Assembly (NCBI GenBank): GCA_043797125.1
Contig: JAZDPX010000045.1
Coordinates: 8,338-72,337, forward strand
Direction of reading: 5' to 3'
DNA: 64,000 nucleotides
DNA from: Candidatus Omnitrophota bacterium
Lineage (GTDB): Bacteria; Omnitrophota; Gorgyraeia; JABMRG01; JAFGKX01
Shown: piece by piece, positions 1-9,787 of the stretch
How the letters are laid out: the number at the start of each line of letters is the position of its first letter
How positions within the stretch are numbered: position 1 is the stretch's first letter
Made by a program: the position numbers and the translations under genes
Notes under the pieces: generated by a model
Seen by the model: only the letters and a program-made list of their open reading frames with translations
Told to the model about the DNA's origin: nothing
Database searches by the model: none

Positions 1-3000
1 CAATATCAGAGATGCTGTTGCCGCGTAAAGAAAGCACGCCTGCAGTAATAGTCAGGGTGCCGTCTATGGCTAAAGCATTACCTAAACGGAATTCATCTGT
101 GGCGTTAGCAGCATTAATAGTTAAATGATAGTAGTCGCTGGCCCCGAAGTCCTTTATAACATATGGCCCGCTGCCTGCGCCCTTATACTCCCAGATACCG
201 GAATCAATGTCATTGCTATCCCAGGGAATATTTTCGCTACCCACTAGTTTTAAGGTACCATTATTGGTAATAGAAAGGCTGTTAGAATTAGTAACGCTCT
301 GGCCATTAAGGTCTAATGTCCCGGCAGTAATGGTTAAGCCAGCGTCAATTTCTAAGGCGTTACCGCTTAATTGTAAACTGCCTCCGGCTTTATTAATTTC
401 AATGTTTTGGAAATCCCGGCTGTCTCCTGTACCTCCACTATTAATGGTGGCAGCGCTTGCGGTAGTAAAAGTTACTGTCCCGGAAGAAGTAAAACTTCCA
501 TCAGCATTATCCCAGCTGCCGCGCACCGTTACGGCATTTGCTTCTGTGTTAAATGTGCCGTTATTTTCTATGCTATCTAAGCTCACTGCTGCGCCAGGAG
601 TGTAAGTTTTCCCTGAGTCAATCCAAACTTCATAACCCGTATCAAAAGTAAGTAGGCCTCCGGGAAAAGTATAATGTATATCGTCATCCCCAGAGTTATC
701 CGCTGTGGCTAAGAGATTATTAGTCAGTGGCCCGGCTGACTCATGGCGTAGGACAATTTTGCTAGTATACATTTCCAAGCCGGTAATTGAAGCAGCCGTA
801 GAAGCAGACAATGCTTGAGAAATCAGATTCGCCTCATAAGAGCCACTATCATCAATAAATAAAAGAATGGTATCATCTGCGTTGATACTTGCATAAAACC
901 AGAAAAATTTTCCATCTGAATTAGTCACGGCTGTAGTTTTAGCTGCGCCATTTACTGAAAGCCCCACAGTGACATCTGCTCCCACAGTGGCGCTCTTGGC
1001 TTCATCAGTATAAATAGTGCCGGAAATTGTTGGATTAAACTTAGTCACAAAAACATCGTAGTTTCCATTTTGCGTCTCATCATAAGCCCCGGCGGTAGTG
1101 GGATAATTGGTAGCCGCATTATAGGTATAACCGGTGATATAGACATTGCCAGCAGAATCTATGGCAATGCCACGGCCATAGTCATTATCGCTTCCTCCGA
1201 GAAAAGTAGAATAAGTAAGGCTTGCGCCCGTAGAGCTTAATTCACTTAAGAAAGCATCATCAACACCATTGTGTGTAGTGTCGTAGGCGCCGCCAGTAGT
1301 AGGATAATCAATGCCAGCATCAGCAGTATATCCGGTGATATAAGCATTGCCTGAAGAGTCTATGGCAATAGCATAGCCATAGTCGGCACCGCTTCCTCCG
1401 ATAAAAGTAGAATAAGTAAGGGCAGTACCGGTAGAATTAAGCTTGGTCACAAAGACATCATTACTGCCATTATGGATCTCATCATAAGCGCCGCCAGTAG
1501 TAGGATAATCAATGCCAGCATCAGCAGTATATCCGGTGATATAGGCATTACCTGAAGAGTCTATGGCAATAGCATAGCCATAGTCATCGCCACCTCCGCC
1601 GAGAAAAGTCGAATAGACAAGAGTGGTACCAGTAGAATTAATTTTAGTCACAAAGGCATCAACGTTACCATTCTGCCACTGATCATAGGCTCCGCCAGTG
1701 ATGGGATAATCAGTGGCTGCGTCAGCAGTGCGTCCGGTAATATAGGCGCATCCTGAAGAGTCTACAGCGATAGCTAAACCATAATCTTGACCGCTTCCGC
1801 CGAGATAAGTAGAATAAGTTAAAGCGCTACCAGCAGCATTAAGTTTAGTAATAAAGGCATCGACGCTGCCATTATAGACGGTATCATAGGCTCCGGCGGT
1901 AGTAGGATAACCGCCTGTACCGTATCCGGTAATATAGGCACAGCCAGAAGTATCTACGGCAATAGCATAGCCGCGATCAGTACCACCGCTGCCTCCGATA
2001 TAAGTAGAATAGACTAAGGCGGTACCGGTAGAATTAAGCTTGGTCACAAAAACATCTATCCAGCCATTCACTGTAGGATCATAAGCTCCGCTAGTGGTGG
2101 GAAAATCGTCGCTGAATGTATCTCCGGTGATGTAAGCATTGCCCGAAGAATCTATGGCAATGCCGCGTCCGCGGTCAGTATAGCTTCCACCAATAAAGGT
2201 AGAGTAAATAATGGCTGTGCCGGTAGCATTAAGTTTAGTCACAAAAGCGTCGTGGAAATTATTATGTGTCTGATCATAGGCTCCGGCGGTAGTAGGATAA
2301 TCGCTACTTGACGTATATCCGGTAATATATATATTACCGGATGAATCTACTCTCATAGCAAATCCATAGTCACCATTGCCTCCGCCAAGGAGAGTAGAAT
2401 AAGTCAGCGCAGTACCGGTAGAATTGAGCTTGGTTACAAAGACATCATTGCCGCCATTATGCGTCCGGTCATAAGCTCCGACAGTGGTGGGGTAATCTGT
2501 TGCCGCGTCAGCGGTGTAACCGGTGATATAGGCATTGCCGCCCGGGGAATCTATTACTATGCCATAGCCATAGTCATCACCACTTCCTCCGATAAAAGTA
2601 GAATAAGTCAGCGCAGTGCCGGTAGAATTAAACTTGGTCACAAAGACATCATAACCGCCGCCATTATTTGCCTGATAAGGATTCAGGGTGGGAAAGTTTG
2701 TTGAGCCTGTGTATCCTGTTACATAGGCATTCCCTGCGGCATCTATGGCAATGCCACGTCCGTAATCATTACCACTCCCGCCGATAAGAGTAGAATAGGT
2801 AAGCGCAGTGCCGGTAGAATTAAACTTGGTCACAAAGACATCCTCGCCGCCATTATGCGTGGTATCATAAGCGCCTCCGGTAGTGGGATAATCAGTCTCT
2901 GTATCAGCAGTATATCCGGTAATATAGGCATTGCCTGAAGAATCTACGACGATAGCCCTACCATAGTCACCAACAGTTCCAAGCTGACCACGCCCTCCTA

Positions 3001-5902
3001 TAAAAGTAGAGTAAGATAAACTGCTTGCGTCAGCGCTAAACTTAGTTACAACAGCAGTATCGCCATAGCCAAAAGTATCATAGGCTCCACTAGTGGTGGG
3101 ATAATCATAGCTATGCGCATATCCGCTGATATAAGCATTGCCTGCGGAATCTATGGCTAAAGCATATACTTCATCTTGCGCAGAGCTATAACTCCCTCCG
3201 ATAAAAGTAGAGTAGCCTAACGTAGGATCAATCACAAGAGGGTAATTCGTGTCATAATTATTTACACTAAATCCATAGCTATTATCCGAAAGCAGGATGA
3301 ATCCAGCGCTAACTTCCTGCTTTATCCCGGCAATATTCTGATAAGCATAGGGCTTGGCTTCTTTTAACTGGCCAAACTCAGTATCAATGATGAGGTTGCC
3401 GGATTCGTCAATGATTAAACTATTTACTCCTTCATAACCTAACTTTATATTTGCGTAATCTGCTCCGGAAGCTACTACAAATTCTGATTCTAAGTTTCCG
3501 TTTTTAGAGCTATAACTTAAATCCACTCCCTCATAGAGCCCCTGATAGATAATCTTATAATAGGAAGCGATATTGGTTTGGTGCTGACTAGAGTCATTAC
3601 CGATGAGGTAGTTAAAGATGGTGTTGGTAGATAGGCCGGGGGTTATCGAACTAGAGGAACTTGCGCCAAGGAAGCTCAGCCGGATATTTAATATATTGTA
3701 AGATTCTACGCTATTCTGTTGAGAGAGGCTATAAAGGATAAATTGATTTGTAAAGTAAATACGGCTCTCTTTAAAATAAATATAGAACTTAACTTGGGAA
3801 TCAGAGATCTGGCCCTGATTAGCAATAAAGTAAAGCGGGATGGAGCCAAGGTTAAGCTCGCCGTAACTTACTTCGCCAGAAGGTTTATCAACATCTATGT
3901 TGCCATAGATAGTGCCTGCGGAGTAATCAATGCGCTGGTTGCCCTCGCCCGCTAAACTGATATCTGCGTATATCCAGGAATTGGGATTCTGTAAAATGAG
4001 ATCACCTTTTAAAAAAACCTTGGAGGCTAAATCAGCGCTGCTGCCAAAAGAAGTATAGCTTTCGCCTTTAATAGTTAAATCTCCGCTAATAGTAAGGCTG
4101 CGCCTTAAGGTAATGGTACCTGTGTAGCCATCTATGGTAAATTGAGCGACTGTGCCTTGGAATGTCGCGTCAATTATTGAGTCTTTGTTTGTTTGAGGGT
4201 ATTGAGAGGTATTACCGTTAAATGTAACTATTGAATATTGGGTGGGGATTGTGCCTGTGTCCCAGTTGTTTGGGTCTGACCAGTTTTGCGTTTGGCCTTG
4301 GCCTGTCCAGATGGGGTCTAGATCCCAGTTGGTATTATTGCCAAGAGAGTCAGAATGTATTGCTTTAATAGGTGGAGCTCTGTTGTCTATACCGGGAGCT
4401 CTTGCGTTGTAACAATCCTGTATTAATATGTATGCTATATCAGTCTCGCCTTCCGGAATAATGCTATATTGCTTACCCGGTATTAAGGATTTTAACTTAA
4501 GGAGTTCGGCATATTTACCTTTTAAGGTTAATATGCCTTTTATGGTCTGGGTTGTGTCCGGGTCAAACTTAACTTCTTTGTTGGGTTCTTGGATGGTCAG
4601 GTTATTGAATGTGTTTGAACCTTTTATTATTGTTGGTTTAGCTGATATAAAGAAGAAGTTTGAGCTTTGTGGGATAAAGTTACCAAAGCCGTTTAAGTCT
4701 TTAGATACTTCATAGATGGCGTTATTGGCATTTATTGTTACGCCGTAATCTATTGTTAATGAGCCTTGGGTTATTATTGCAGAGTTTGGATATTGATTAT
4801 AAACAGCTGGAGCGCCTGCCGGCTTAAAGGTAATATCGCCTGCTGATACAATATTGGCAATATGGCTTTCGCCTGAAGATTGTAAGGTAATATCGCCGTA
4901 TGTGGTGGTTTTAATGGTGGCGTTAGGTGCTTGTTGTATCGAGCCTTCGCCGTTAAGATCGTTATCAGCAAGGATGTTGAGGTCGCCGGAGTCTACTGTT
5001 AAATCATCATTGATGTGTATGTCTTTATCTGATGCTATGGTTGTATCGCCGCTAAATTCGCCTGAGGCTTGAATGTCCTGGTTTGCTACTAACTTAATTA
5101 CGCCGTCTTCTTCTACTAGCTTAGTTGCCTTAACTATACCTGTGTTATTTACCGCATATTCAAAGATATCGTCCGCGGTTTTGGCGGACATAAATACCTG
5201 ATGGCCAACAAGCTCGCCTGAGTTCTTTATTTGATCTTTTACTGTGTTGCCTTCGGAATCGATTATTTTTTCAGTTACTTCTTCATTTACCTCAACTGAC
5301 ATCAGGGCTTGCGCATCAATGCTAACAGTTACCCTAACTCCGCATGATAGAGTCACTACTCCTAATTTAGCTGTAATTATGCCTGAATTATCAACCGCTC
5401 CTGCTAATAAAGCTGCGTTGCTTTCAGTTTCTATTCGGCCTTGATTTTTAATTAAAGCTGGGGCTACGCTCTTTTCTTGATCAAATATATAATTTGCTTC
5501 TATAAAGTTATTTGTTGATATATCCAGCGTCGAGGCTACAAGGGAGCCTGCATTAACACTGGCTGTGTCATGGAAATTAATGCCATTGGGGTTTGTTAAA
5601 AAAAGAATCCCGTTAGCATTGAGTGAGCCGTATATGTTTGTAGGATCTGAATCTAATATTCTGCTTAAAAGGGTTGCGTCCTGGGAAGGTTGGATAAAGT
5701 TTACTGTTTCATTGGTTTGAATATCAAAGGAATTAAAATTAATAACTGTCTTATCGTCTGCTGTTATATTAAGGGTAGTTTGATCCTGCTGGAAAGTCGC
5801 GCTGCCTTCTTCTATATTCCAGCCCTGCGGGAGGGCATATAATAGGCTAACAGAATGAAAACTAAATAAATATATAAGTATAAATATTATTTTATTTTTC
5901 AT
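1..5902 (-). CDS. TpsA / filamentous haemagglutinin-family exoprotein with SBBP beta-propeller repeats (3'-truncated by window edge, at least 1967 aa)
   Basis: Not in the ORF track because there is no stop in the window. Manual translation from ATG 5902 gives signal peptide MKNKIIFILIYLFSFHSVSLLYA, then LPQGWNIEEGSATF..INFNSFDI..NANGILFLTNPNGI (TPS/haemagglutination-activity domain). The frame is consistent at 4402 and at base 4. TpsB lies nearby. Confidence 0.9.
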   Translation of the reverse strand, partial: MKNKIIFILIYLFSFHSVSLLYALPQGWNIEEGSATFQQDQTTLNITADDKTVINFNSFDIQTNETVNFIQPSQDATLLSRILDSDPTNIYGSLNANGILFLTNPNGINFHDTASVNAGSLVASTLDISTNNFIEANYIFDQEKSVAPALIKNQGRIETESNAALLAGAVDNSGIITAKLGVVTLSCGVRVTVSIDAQALMSVEVNEEVTEKIIDSEGNTVKDQIKNSGELVGHQVFMSAKTADDIFEYAVNNTGIVKATKLVEEDGVIKLVANQDIQASGEFSGDTTIASDKDIHINDDLTVDSGDLNILADNDLNGEGSIQQAPNATIKTTTYGDITLQSSGESHIANIVSAGDITFKPAGAPAVYNQYPNSAIITQGSLTIDYGVTINANNAIYEVSKDLNGFGNFIPQSSNFFFISAKPTIIKGSNTFNNLTIQEPNKEVKFDPDTTQTIKGILTLKGKYAELLKLKSLIPGKQYSIIPEGETDIAYILIQDCYNARAPGIDNRAPPIKAIHSDSLGNNTNWDLDPIWTGQGQTQNWSDPNNWDTGTIPTQYSIVTFNGNTSQYPQTNKDSIIDATFQGTVAQFTIDGYTGTITLRRSLTISGDLTIKGESYTSFGSSADLASKVFLKGDLILQNPNSWIYADISLAGEGNQRIDYSAGTIYGNIDVDKPSGEVSYGELNLGSIPLYFIANQGQISDSQVKFYIYFKESRIYFTNQFILYSLSQQNSVESYNILNIRLSFLGASSSSSITPGLSTNTIFNYLIGNDSSQHQTNIASYYKIIYQGLYEGVDLSYSSKNGNLESEFVVASGADYANIKLGYEGVNSLIIDESGNLIIDTEFGQLKEAKPYAYQNIAGIKQEVSAGFILLSDNSYGFSVNNYDTNYPLVIDPTLGYSTFIGGSYSSAQDEVYALAIDSAGNAYISGYAHSYDYPTTSGAYDTFGYGDTAVVTKFSADASSLSYSTFIGGRGQLGTVGDYGRAIVVDSSGNAYITGYTADTETDYPTTGGAYDTTHNGGEDVFVTKFNSTGTALTYSTLIGGSGNDYGRGIAIDAAGNAYVTGYTGSTNFPTLNPYQANNGGGYDVFVTKFNSTGTALTYSTFIGGSGDDYGYGIVIDSPGGNAYITGYTADAATDYPTTVGAYDRTHNGGNDVFVTKLNSTGTALTYSTLLGGGNGDYGFAMRVDSSGNIYITGYTSSSDYPTTAGAYDQTHNNFHDAFVTKLNATGTAIIYSTFIGGSYTDRGRGIAIDSSGNAYITGDTFSDDFPTTSGAYDPTVNGWIDVFVTKLNSTGTALVYSTYIGGSGGTDRGYAIAVDTSGCAYITGYGTGGYPTTAGAYDTVYNGSVDAFITKLNAAGSALTYSTYLGGSGQDYGLAIAVDSSGCAYITGRTADAATDYPITGGAYDQWQNGNVDAFVTKINSTGTTLVYSTFLGGGGDDYGYAIAIDSSGNAYITGYTADAGIDYPTTGGAYDEIHNGSNDVFVTKLNSTGTALTYSTFIGGSGADYGYAIAIDSSGNAYITGYTADAGIDYPTTGGAYDTTHNGVDDAFLSELSSTGASLTYSTFLGGSDNDYGRGIAIDSAGNVYITGYTYNAATNYPTTAGAYDETQNGNYDVFVTKFNPTISGTIYTDEAKSATVGADVTVGLSVNGAAKTTAVTNSDGKFFWFYASINADDTILLFIDDSGSYEANLISQALSASTAASITGLEMYTSKIVLRHESAGPLTNNLLATADNSGDDDIHYTFPGGLLTFDTGYEVWIDSGKTYTPGAAVSLDSIENNGTFNTEANAVTVRGSWDNADGSFTSSGTVTFTTASAATINSGGTGDSRDFQNIEINKAGGSLQLSGNALEIDAGLTITAGTLDLNGQSVTNSNSLSITNNGTLKLVGSENIPWDSNDIDSGIWEYKGAGSGPYVIKDFGASDYYHLTINAANATDEFRLGNALAIDGTLTITAGVLSLRGNSISDI
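1040..3225 (-). repeat. 11 tandem ~65-aa (~200 bp) SBBP-type beta-propeller repeats inside TpsA
   Basis: YST(F/L/Y)(I/L)GG...D.G..IAIDSSGNAYITG.T...DYPTT.GAYD...NG..DVFVTKLN repeats, with YST near 3206, 3005, 2789, 2597, 2392, 2198, 2003, 1808, 1607, 1406 and 1205. Some pairs are nearly identical in DNA (about 1290-1385 vs 1490-1585). Confidence 0.88.
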
Positions 5903-5917
5903 GCCACTATATACACC

Positions 5918-5946
5918 ATTATATATATTAAAACGCGCAAAATCAA
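5918..5946 (-). promoter_or_regulatory. Putative sigma70 promoter of tpsA
   Basis: TTGATT-17bp-TATAAT on the minus strand. Confidence 0.45.
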
Positions 5947-5949
5947 TGT

Positions 5950-7173
5950 TTAAAGCATTGAAAAATGGCAATTGCTTACATTTTTAGCAACAGCGCCTGT
6001 GCGCTTTGATTGAGAAATTATAAGCCCTTTTCTGCTAAGCTTGCCTGATAGTTTTTGCCAGGTTTTTAGCGAGGCAGCGTGTTGTGTTGAAATTGTAGAG
6101 GATAACTTAATCTCTATGGGGAAAATCCCCTTTGCCGTCTCGATTAAAAGATCTACTTCAAAACCATCCACGCTCCTCCAAAAATACAGTGAGCAGGGAT
6201 CCTGAAAAGCGGAAAAACGTTTTACAAATTCGGTTATGCATGCTGTCTCGAATAACGCGCCTGCCATTGGGCCCTGCAACAGGTGGTCTTCGTTCTGCAG
6301 GCCAACCAAATAGGCCACAAGCCCGGTATCTAAAAAATAGCATTTTGGAGCTTTTATAATCCTTTTGCCGAAATTCTTATGATACGGGTACAACAGATAA
6401 ATAATAGAGCTTGCCTCTAAAAACGACACCCATGATTTTATTGTGGGAACCGTTACCCCTATTTCACGCGATAAAACAGAATAATTAAGTTCTTGCGCTG
6501 TTCGCGCAGCCAAAAGCCTTAGAAATCTTTCAAATTCATTAAGATTAGCTGTTTTTATGTTGCCCCTTACATCTCTATCAATATATGTCTGCACATAACT
6601 TGAAAACCATGTTTTTCTGGATATCTTTTTATTAACAAAAAGTTCGGGGTACCCACCCTGTAAAAGCCATTTACCTGCGCTGGGGTATTTCGCCGGAGGT
6701 TTTGTAGGGTTAATTAAAAAATTAATAAAATCCAAAGCATCTGATTTGTTTAATTTTAGGTCTTTTCTCATCTCAAACAGCGCAAAAGGATAAAGCGGTA
6801 ATACCGCAATTCTGCCTGCTAATGATTCGCTTACATTTCGCATCACCGGAAACTGCTGCGAGCCTGTTAAAACATAGCTGCCGGGTTTTCTGTTTTTGTC
6901 AATTTTTGCTTTAACATAAGGCAGTATTTGCGCGGCATTTTGAATCTCGTCGATTACGAGCGGCTGCTGGTACCTCTCCAGAAAACCTCTCGGATCTTCA
7001 ATGGCAAATGACCTGATATCTAACTCGTCCAATGAAACATAATTGTACTTTTTGCCTAAAACGTGTTTTACAAGAGTTGTTTTCCCTGATTGGCGGGGCC
7101 CCGTTACAAGGGCGGCGGGAAAGGTTTTTATGGAGTCCTTTAATGCCTTTTCTAGTAATCTGGTAATATACAT
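5950..7173 (-). CDS. AAA+ ATPase (AAA_14 + DUF4143, COG1373 family)
   Basis: Walker A GPRQSGKT, Walker B IDEIQ, LTGS, ESLAGR, GGYP, C-terminal EVDL..IEIK nuclease-like motif. Confidence 0.92.
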   Translation of the reverse strand: MYITRLLEKALKDSIKTFPAALVTGPRQSGKTTLVKHVLGKKYNYVSLDELDIRSFAIEDPRGFLERYQQPLVIDEIQNAAQILPYVKAKIDKNRKPGSYVLTGSQQFPVMRNVSESLAGRIAVLPLYPFALFEMRKDLKLNKSDALDFINFLINPTKPPAKYPSAGKWLLQGGYPELFVNKKISRKTWFSSYVQTYIDRDVRGNIKTANLNEFERFLRLLAARTAQELNYSVLSREIGVTVPTIKSWVSFLEASSIIYLLYPYHKNFGKRIIKAPKCYFLDTGLVAYLVGLQNEDHLLQGPMAGALFETACITEFVKRFSAFQDPCSLYFWRSVDGFEVDLLIETAKGIFPIEIKLSSTISTQHAASLKTWQKLSGKLSRKGLIISQSKRTGAVAKNVSNCHFSML

Positions 7174-7180
7174 ATCTACT

Positions 7181-7208
7181 ATTTTAAAGTATTACTTTAA
7201 AATGTCAA
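7181..7208 (-). promoter_or_regulatory. sigma70 promoter of the AAA gene, overlapped by a perfect inverted repeat (candidate operator)
   Basis: TTGACA-16bp-TAAAAT, ending 7 nt before the ATG. Inverted repeat ATTTTAAAGTA-T-TACTTTAAAAT at 7181-7203. Confidence 0.6.
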
Positions 7209-7247
7209 GTGTTTTTTCCTTTTCAAAATTTTTCCCTGTACCTGGCA

Positions 7248-8987
7248 CTACACTTCTATCTGCAGCGCAAACGTAAAAGTGCTCGCCCCGGCTCCGGAGA
7301 TAGGCTTATTATCATCCATTTTTATCGCGTCTGCCCATTCGAGGCGAAGATAAAAATTGTCCGAAAAGCGGCACCTTACGCCGCCGCCTAAACCCATTAA
7401 AAACTTTTCTTTTTTAGTCTCACTTACTGTTGGATTTATAATCCCGGCATAGCCAAAATCGGCAAAAAGCACAGGCTGTATCTGTTTCTGCAAAGGCGCG
7501 TCTTGGCCTCTTACCTTCCATTGCTTGGGAATAAGATACATTGGAAATATCCAATCAATATTTAAATTTGCCCCGTAATCTCCGAGGAAGTCGCCTTCGG
7601 GAAAGCCCCTTACAGAATTTGCGCCGCCTAACTGAAATTGCTCCGCGGACGCAAGCGTGTGCGATGCAAGCTGAAGCCTTGAGCGCATTGCAATATAGCT
7701 GTCAAAAGGCATTAATTGAATGCGCCTTATAGAGTGTTCGTATTTAACAAAGGCCTTACCCGAGCCGTCCCTGCTTAATGTATTCTCATTGCGATTAGAC
7801 GCCCCTAAAAAATGCTCCGTGCCAAAGGTAAGCCTCGGAGCAAATACGGTCTGGCCTCCGAGGAAATCGTTTGCCGTAAAATCAAAACCAATATACGGCG
7901 AGCGCATCTCATCGTTAGTCGTAAGGTTATCCGCCATATATTTTTTTATGCTTTTTATTTCCAACCCTGCGTCTATATAGGCTTGAAATTTCTCTGACAA
8001 ATAAAGTTCTTTTGTAATATGCGGAGTAAGCATTTTTGTATTGCCTGTGATATCAAGGTATTTATATTCTTTCCCCACTCTCATAAAAAAATATACGGCA
8101 TCAAGCCCGAATTTTGTGCCGTAGGTATCAATCGGCAAAGAATAGCTTAAAGACTCGCCTAAAGAATCTTTAGTTGCAAGACTGCTTATGTATACGGAAT
8201 CCATTCGATTCAGCATATTTGAACTGCGCACGGAAACCGAATCTCTCCATCTTCCCACAAGCCTCGTTCCCTGGTTATCGCAGGAATTGCCGATATGGTG
8301 CGGGACGCTATCCGCAACCTTTAATGTAACATCTGATGTGCCTGGTTCCTTGCCGGCAGAAAGCATCGCCCTTATCGCGAGGTCGGGATTTTGGTTTAGA
8401 CTTAATATGTCTTTCTGGACCTTGTTGATATTTAAAATTTTATTTTTTGCCGTGTGAAAATACTTTTTAAGCAGGCCCACTGTAAACCATTTGTTGCCGT
8501 CTATAATTAACTCGCCCATCTTGCCTTCAGCCGCCGCGATTTCTATGTTACCGTCTTTTATCTCCTGCTCCGGTATATACGCGGTGCTGGTGATATAACC
8601 TTCCTGTTTATATTTTAATTTTATCTTATCAATTATAACCTGGAGGCCTTGAAAGGTTACCTGCTTATCAATATAGGGTTTATAGAGCGGAGCGAGGTCT
8701 TTTTCGCTAAAAATGGTGGAGCCCGTTATCTTAACCGATTTTAGGACAAAGGACGGGCCTTCCTGGGGAGGCTGCGGCTTTTCTTCTTCTACTTGTATTT
8801 CCGGGGTTTCGGCCTTTTCTTTCTCGAGTTGCTGTTTTTTCTGCTGCTGTTCTTCGTCAAAGCGCTCGGCCTGCGCGCCTATATCCTGGCCCGGGGGCTC
8901 TTGAGCAAAAGAAGGGCTAAGAAAAGAAAAAAACAAAGAAACTATAAACAATAAGATAAATATGCTTATGTGTTGAAGCTTAGTCAT
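7248..8987 (-). CDS. TpsB (ShlB/FhaC/HecB family) two-partner secretion outer-membrane transporter
   Basis: Signal peptide, POTRA segment (I..KYKQEGYITSTAYIPEQEIKDG), conserved GGANSVRGF loop, beta-barrel C-terminus. Confidence 0.92.
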   Translation of the reverse strand: MTKLQHISIFILLFIVSLFFSFLSPSFAQEPPGQDIGAQAERFDEEQQQKKQQLEKEKAETPEIQVEEEKPQPPQEGPSFVLKSVKITGSTIFSEKDLAPLYKPYIDKQVTFQGLQVIIDKIKLKYKQEGYITSTAYIPEQEIKDGNIEIAAAEGKMGELIIDGNKWFTVGLLKKYFHTAKNKILNINKVQKDILSLNQNPDLAIRAMLSAGKEPGTSDVTLKVADSVPHHIGNSCDNQGTRLVGRWRDSVSVRSSNMLNRMDSVYISSLATKDSLGESLSYSLPIDTYGTKFGLDAVYFFMRVGKEYKYLDITGNTKMLTPHITKELYLSEKFQAYIDAGLEIKSIKKYMADNLTTNDEMRSPYIGFDFTANDFLGGQTVFAPRLTFGTEHFLGASNRNENTLSRDGSGKAFVKYEHSIRRIQLMPFDSYIAMRSRLQLASHTLASAEQFQLGGANSVRGFPEGDFLGDYGANLNIDWIFPMYLIPKQWKVRGQDAPLQKQIQPVLFADFGYAGIINPTVSETKKEKFLMGLGGGVRCRFSDNFYLRLEWADAIKMDDNKPISGAGASTFTFALQIEV

Positions 8988-9595
8988 ATATTATATATTA
9001 AAGCAATTTGCTTTCTTGTCAAGTATTTTGTCCTGCGCTTAAGCAGCCTTGAGGCAAGGATTATTTTCGCCTCTCTTTCCGCCATTATAGCCCTCAAACC
9101 GGCCTCTTTTAAGCTTGCGCCGACCGTCACCAGGCCGTGGTTTTTCAAAATAATACCGTTGTGTTTTTTCGCGGCGCAAGCGGCTATTGCCGCTAATTTT
9201 TTGCTGCCAGGCTGCGCAAACCCGACTTGCCTAATTCCGCTTTTGAAATATATTACGCAATCTATTGTTACGGGATTTAGCTTCTCGCCCATAGCCGCAA
9301 GCGCAAGAATCGCAACAGGATGCGTGTGCACAACCGCTTTTATATCAGGCCTTGCTTTGTAGCAGGCGCTGTGCAATTTCCACTCAATACTTACTTGTTT
9401 TATCTTTTTTATATCAACAAAATCCCGCGGCTTTGCATTCTTAAAGCTTGTCCCGCTTTTTTTAATATAGATAGCGCTTGCGCAGCGCGCGCTTATATTG
9501 CCGCTTACCGCGGCAACCAGACCCTCTCCTGCAAGCTCTCTTGCGCACTTCGCCAGCTGCTTTTTTATATCTTGCGCTTTCGTGTTCATGTTCAT
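8984..9595 (-). CDS. Class II aldolase/adducin family protein (FucA-like)
   Basis: SGNISAR, SIEWKLH, VVHTHP and LKNHG motifs. Overlaps tpsB by ATGA. Confidence 0.88.
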   Translation of the reverse strand: MNMNTKAQDIKKQLAKCARELAGEGLVAAVSGNISARCASAIYIKKSGTSFKNAKPRDFVDIKKIKQVSIEWKLHSACYKARPDIKAVVHTHPVAILALAAMGEKLNPVTIDCVIYFKSGIRQVGFAQPGSKKLAAIAACAAKKHNGIILKNHGLVTVGASLKEAGLRAIMAEREAKIILASRLLKRRTKYLTRKQIALIYNI

Positions 9596-9602
9596 GGTCT
9601 AA

Positions 9603-9631
9603 ATTTTACCACACATCCCTCCCTCCCGCAA
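9603..9631 (-). promoter_or_regulatory. Putative promoter of aldolase-tpsB (leaderless)
   Basis: TTGCGG-17bp-TAAAAT with an upstream TG extension, 7 nt before ATG 9595. Confidence 0.45.
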
Positions 9632-9634
9632 CAT

Positions 9635-9697
9635 AAATGGGGACGGTTCACCCCTGAGCGTGGGGACAGTTCACCCTCGTGCTTGGAAACTGTCCCC
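9635..9697. repeat. REP cluster, left flank of RAYT
   Basis: TGGGGACGGTTCACCCCT (9638-9655) and TGGGGACAGTTCACCCT (9661-9677) at a 23-nt period, plus inverted ACTGTCCCC (9689-9697). Confidence 0.8.
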
Positions 9698-9787
9698 TGC
9701 AAAATTTAGTGTCTTTTTTTAAAATTATTTGCCTAAAAAAATCGTCTATTATAGTGAGGGGTAAAATAAAAAAGGAGGGATATAGCC

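Noticed and set aside
207-5444. Short plus-strand ORFs and 4774..4971(-) in the track
   Set aside because: They are antisense or out-of-frame shadows of the long TpsA frame.
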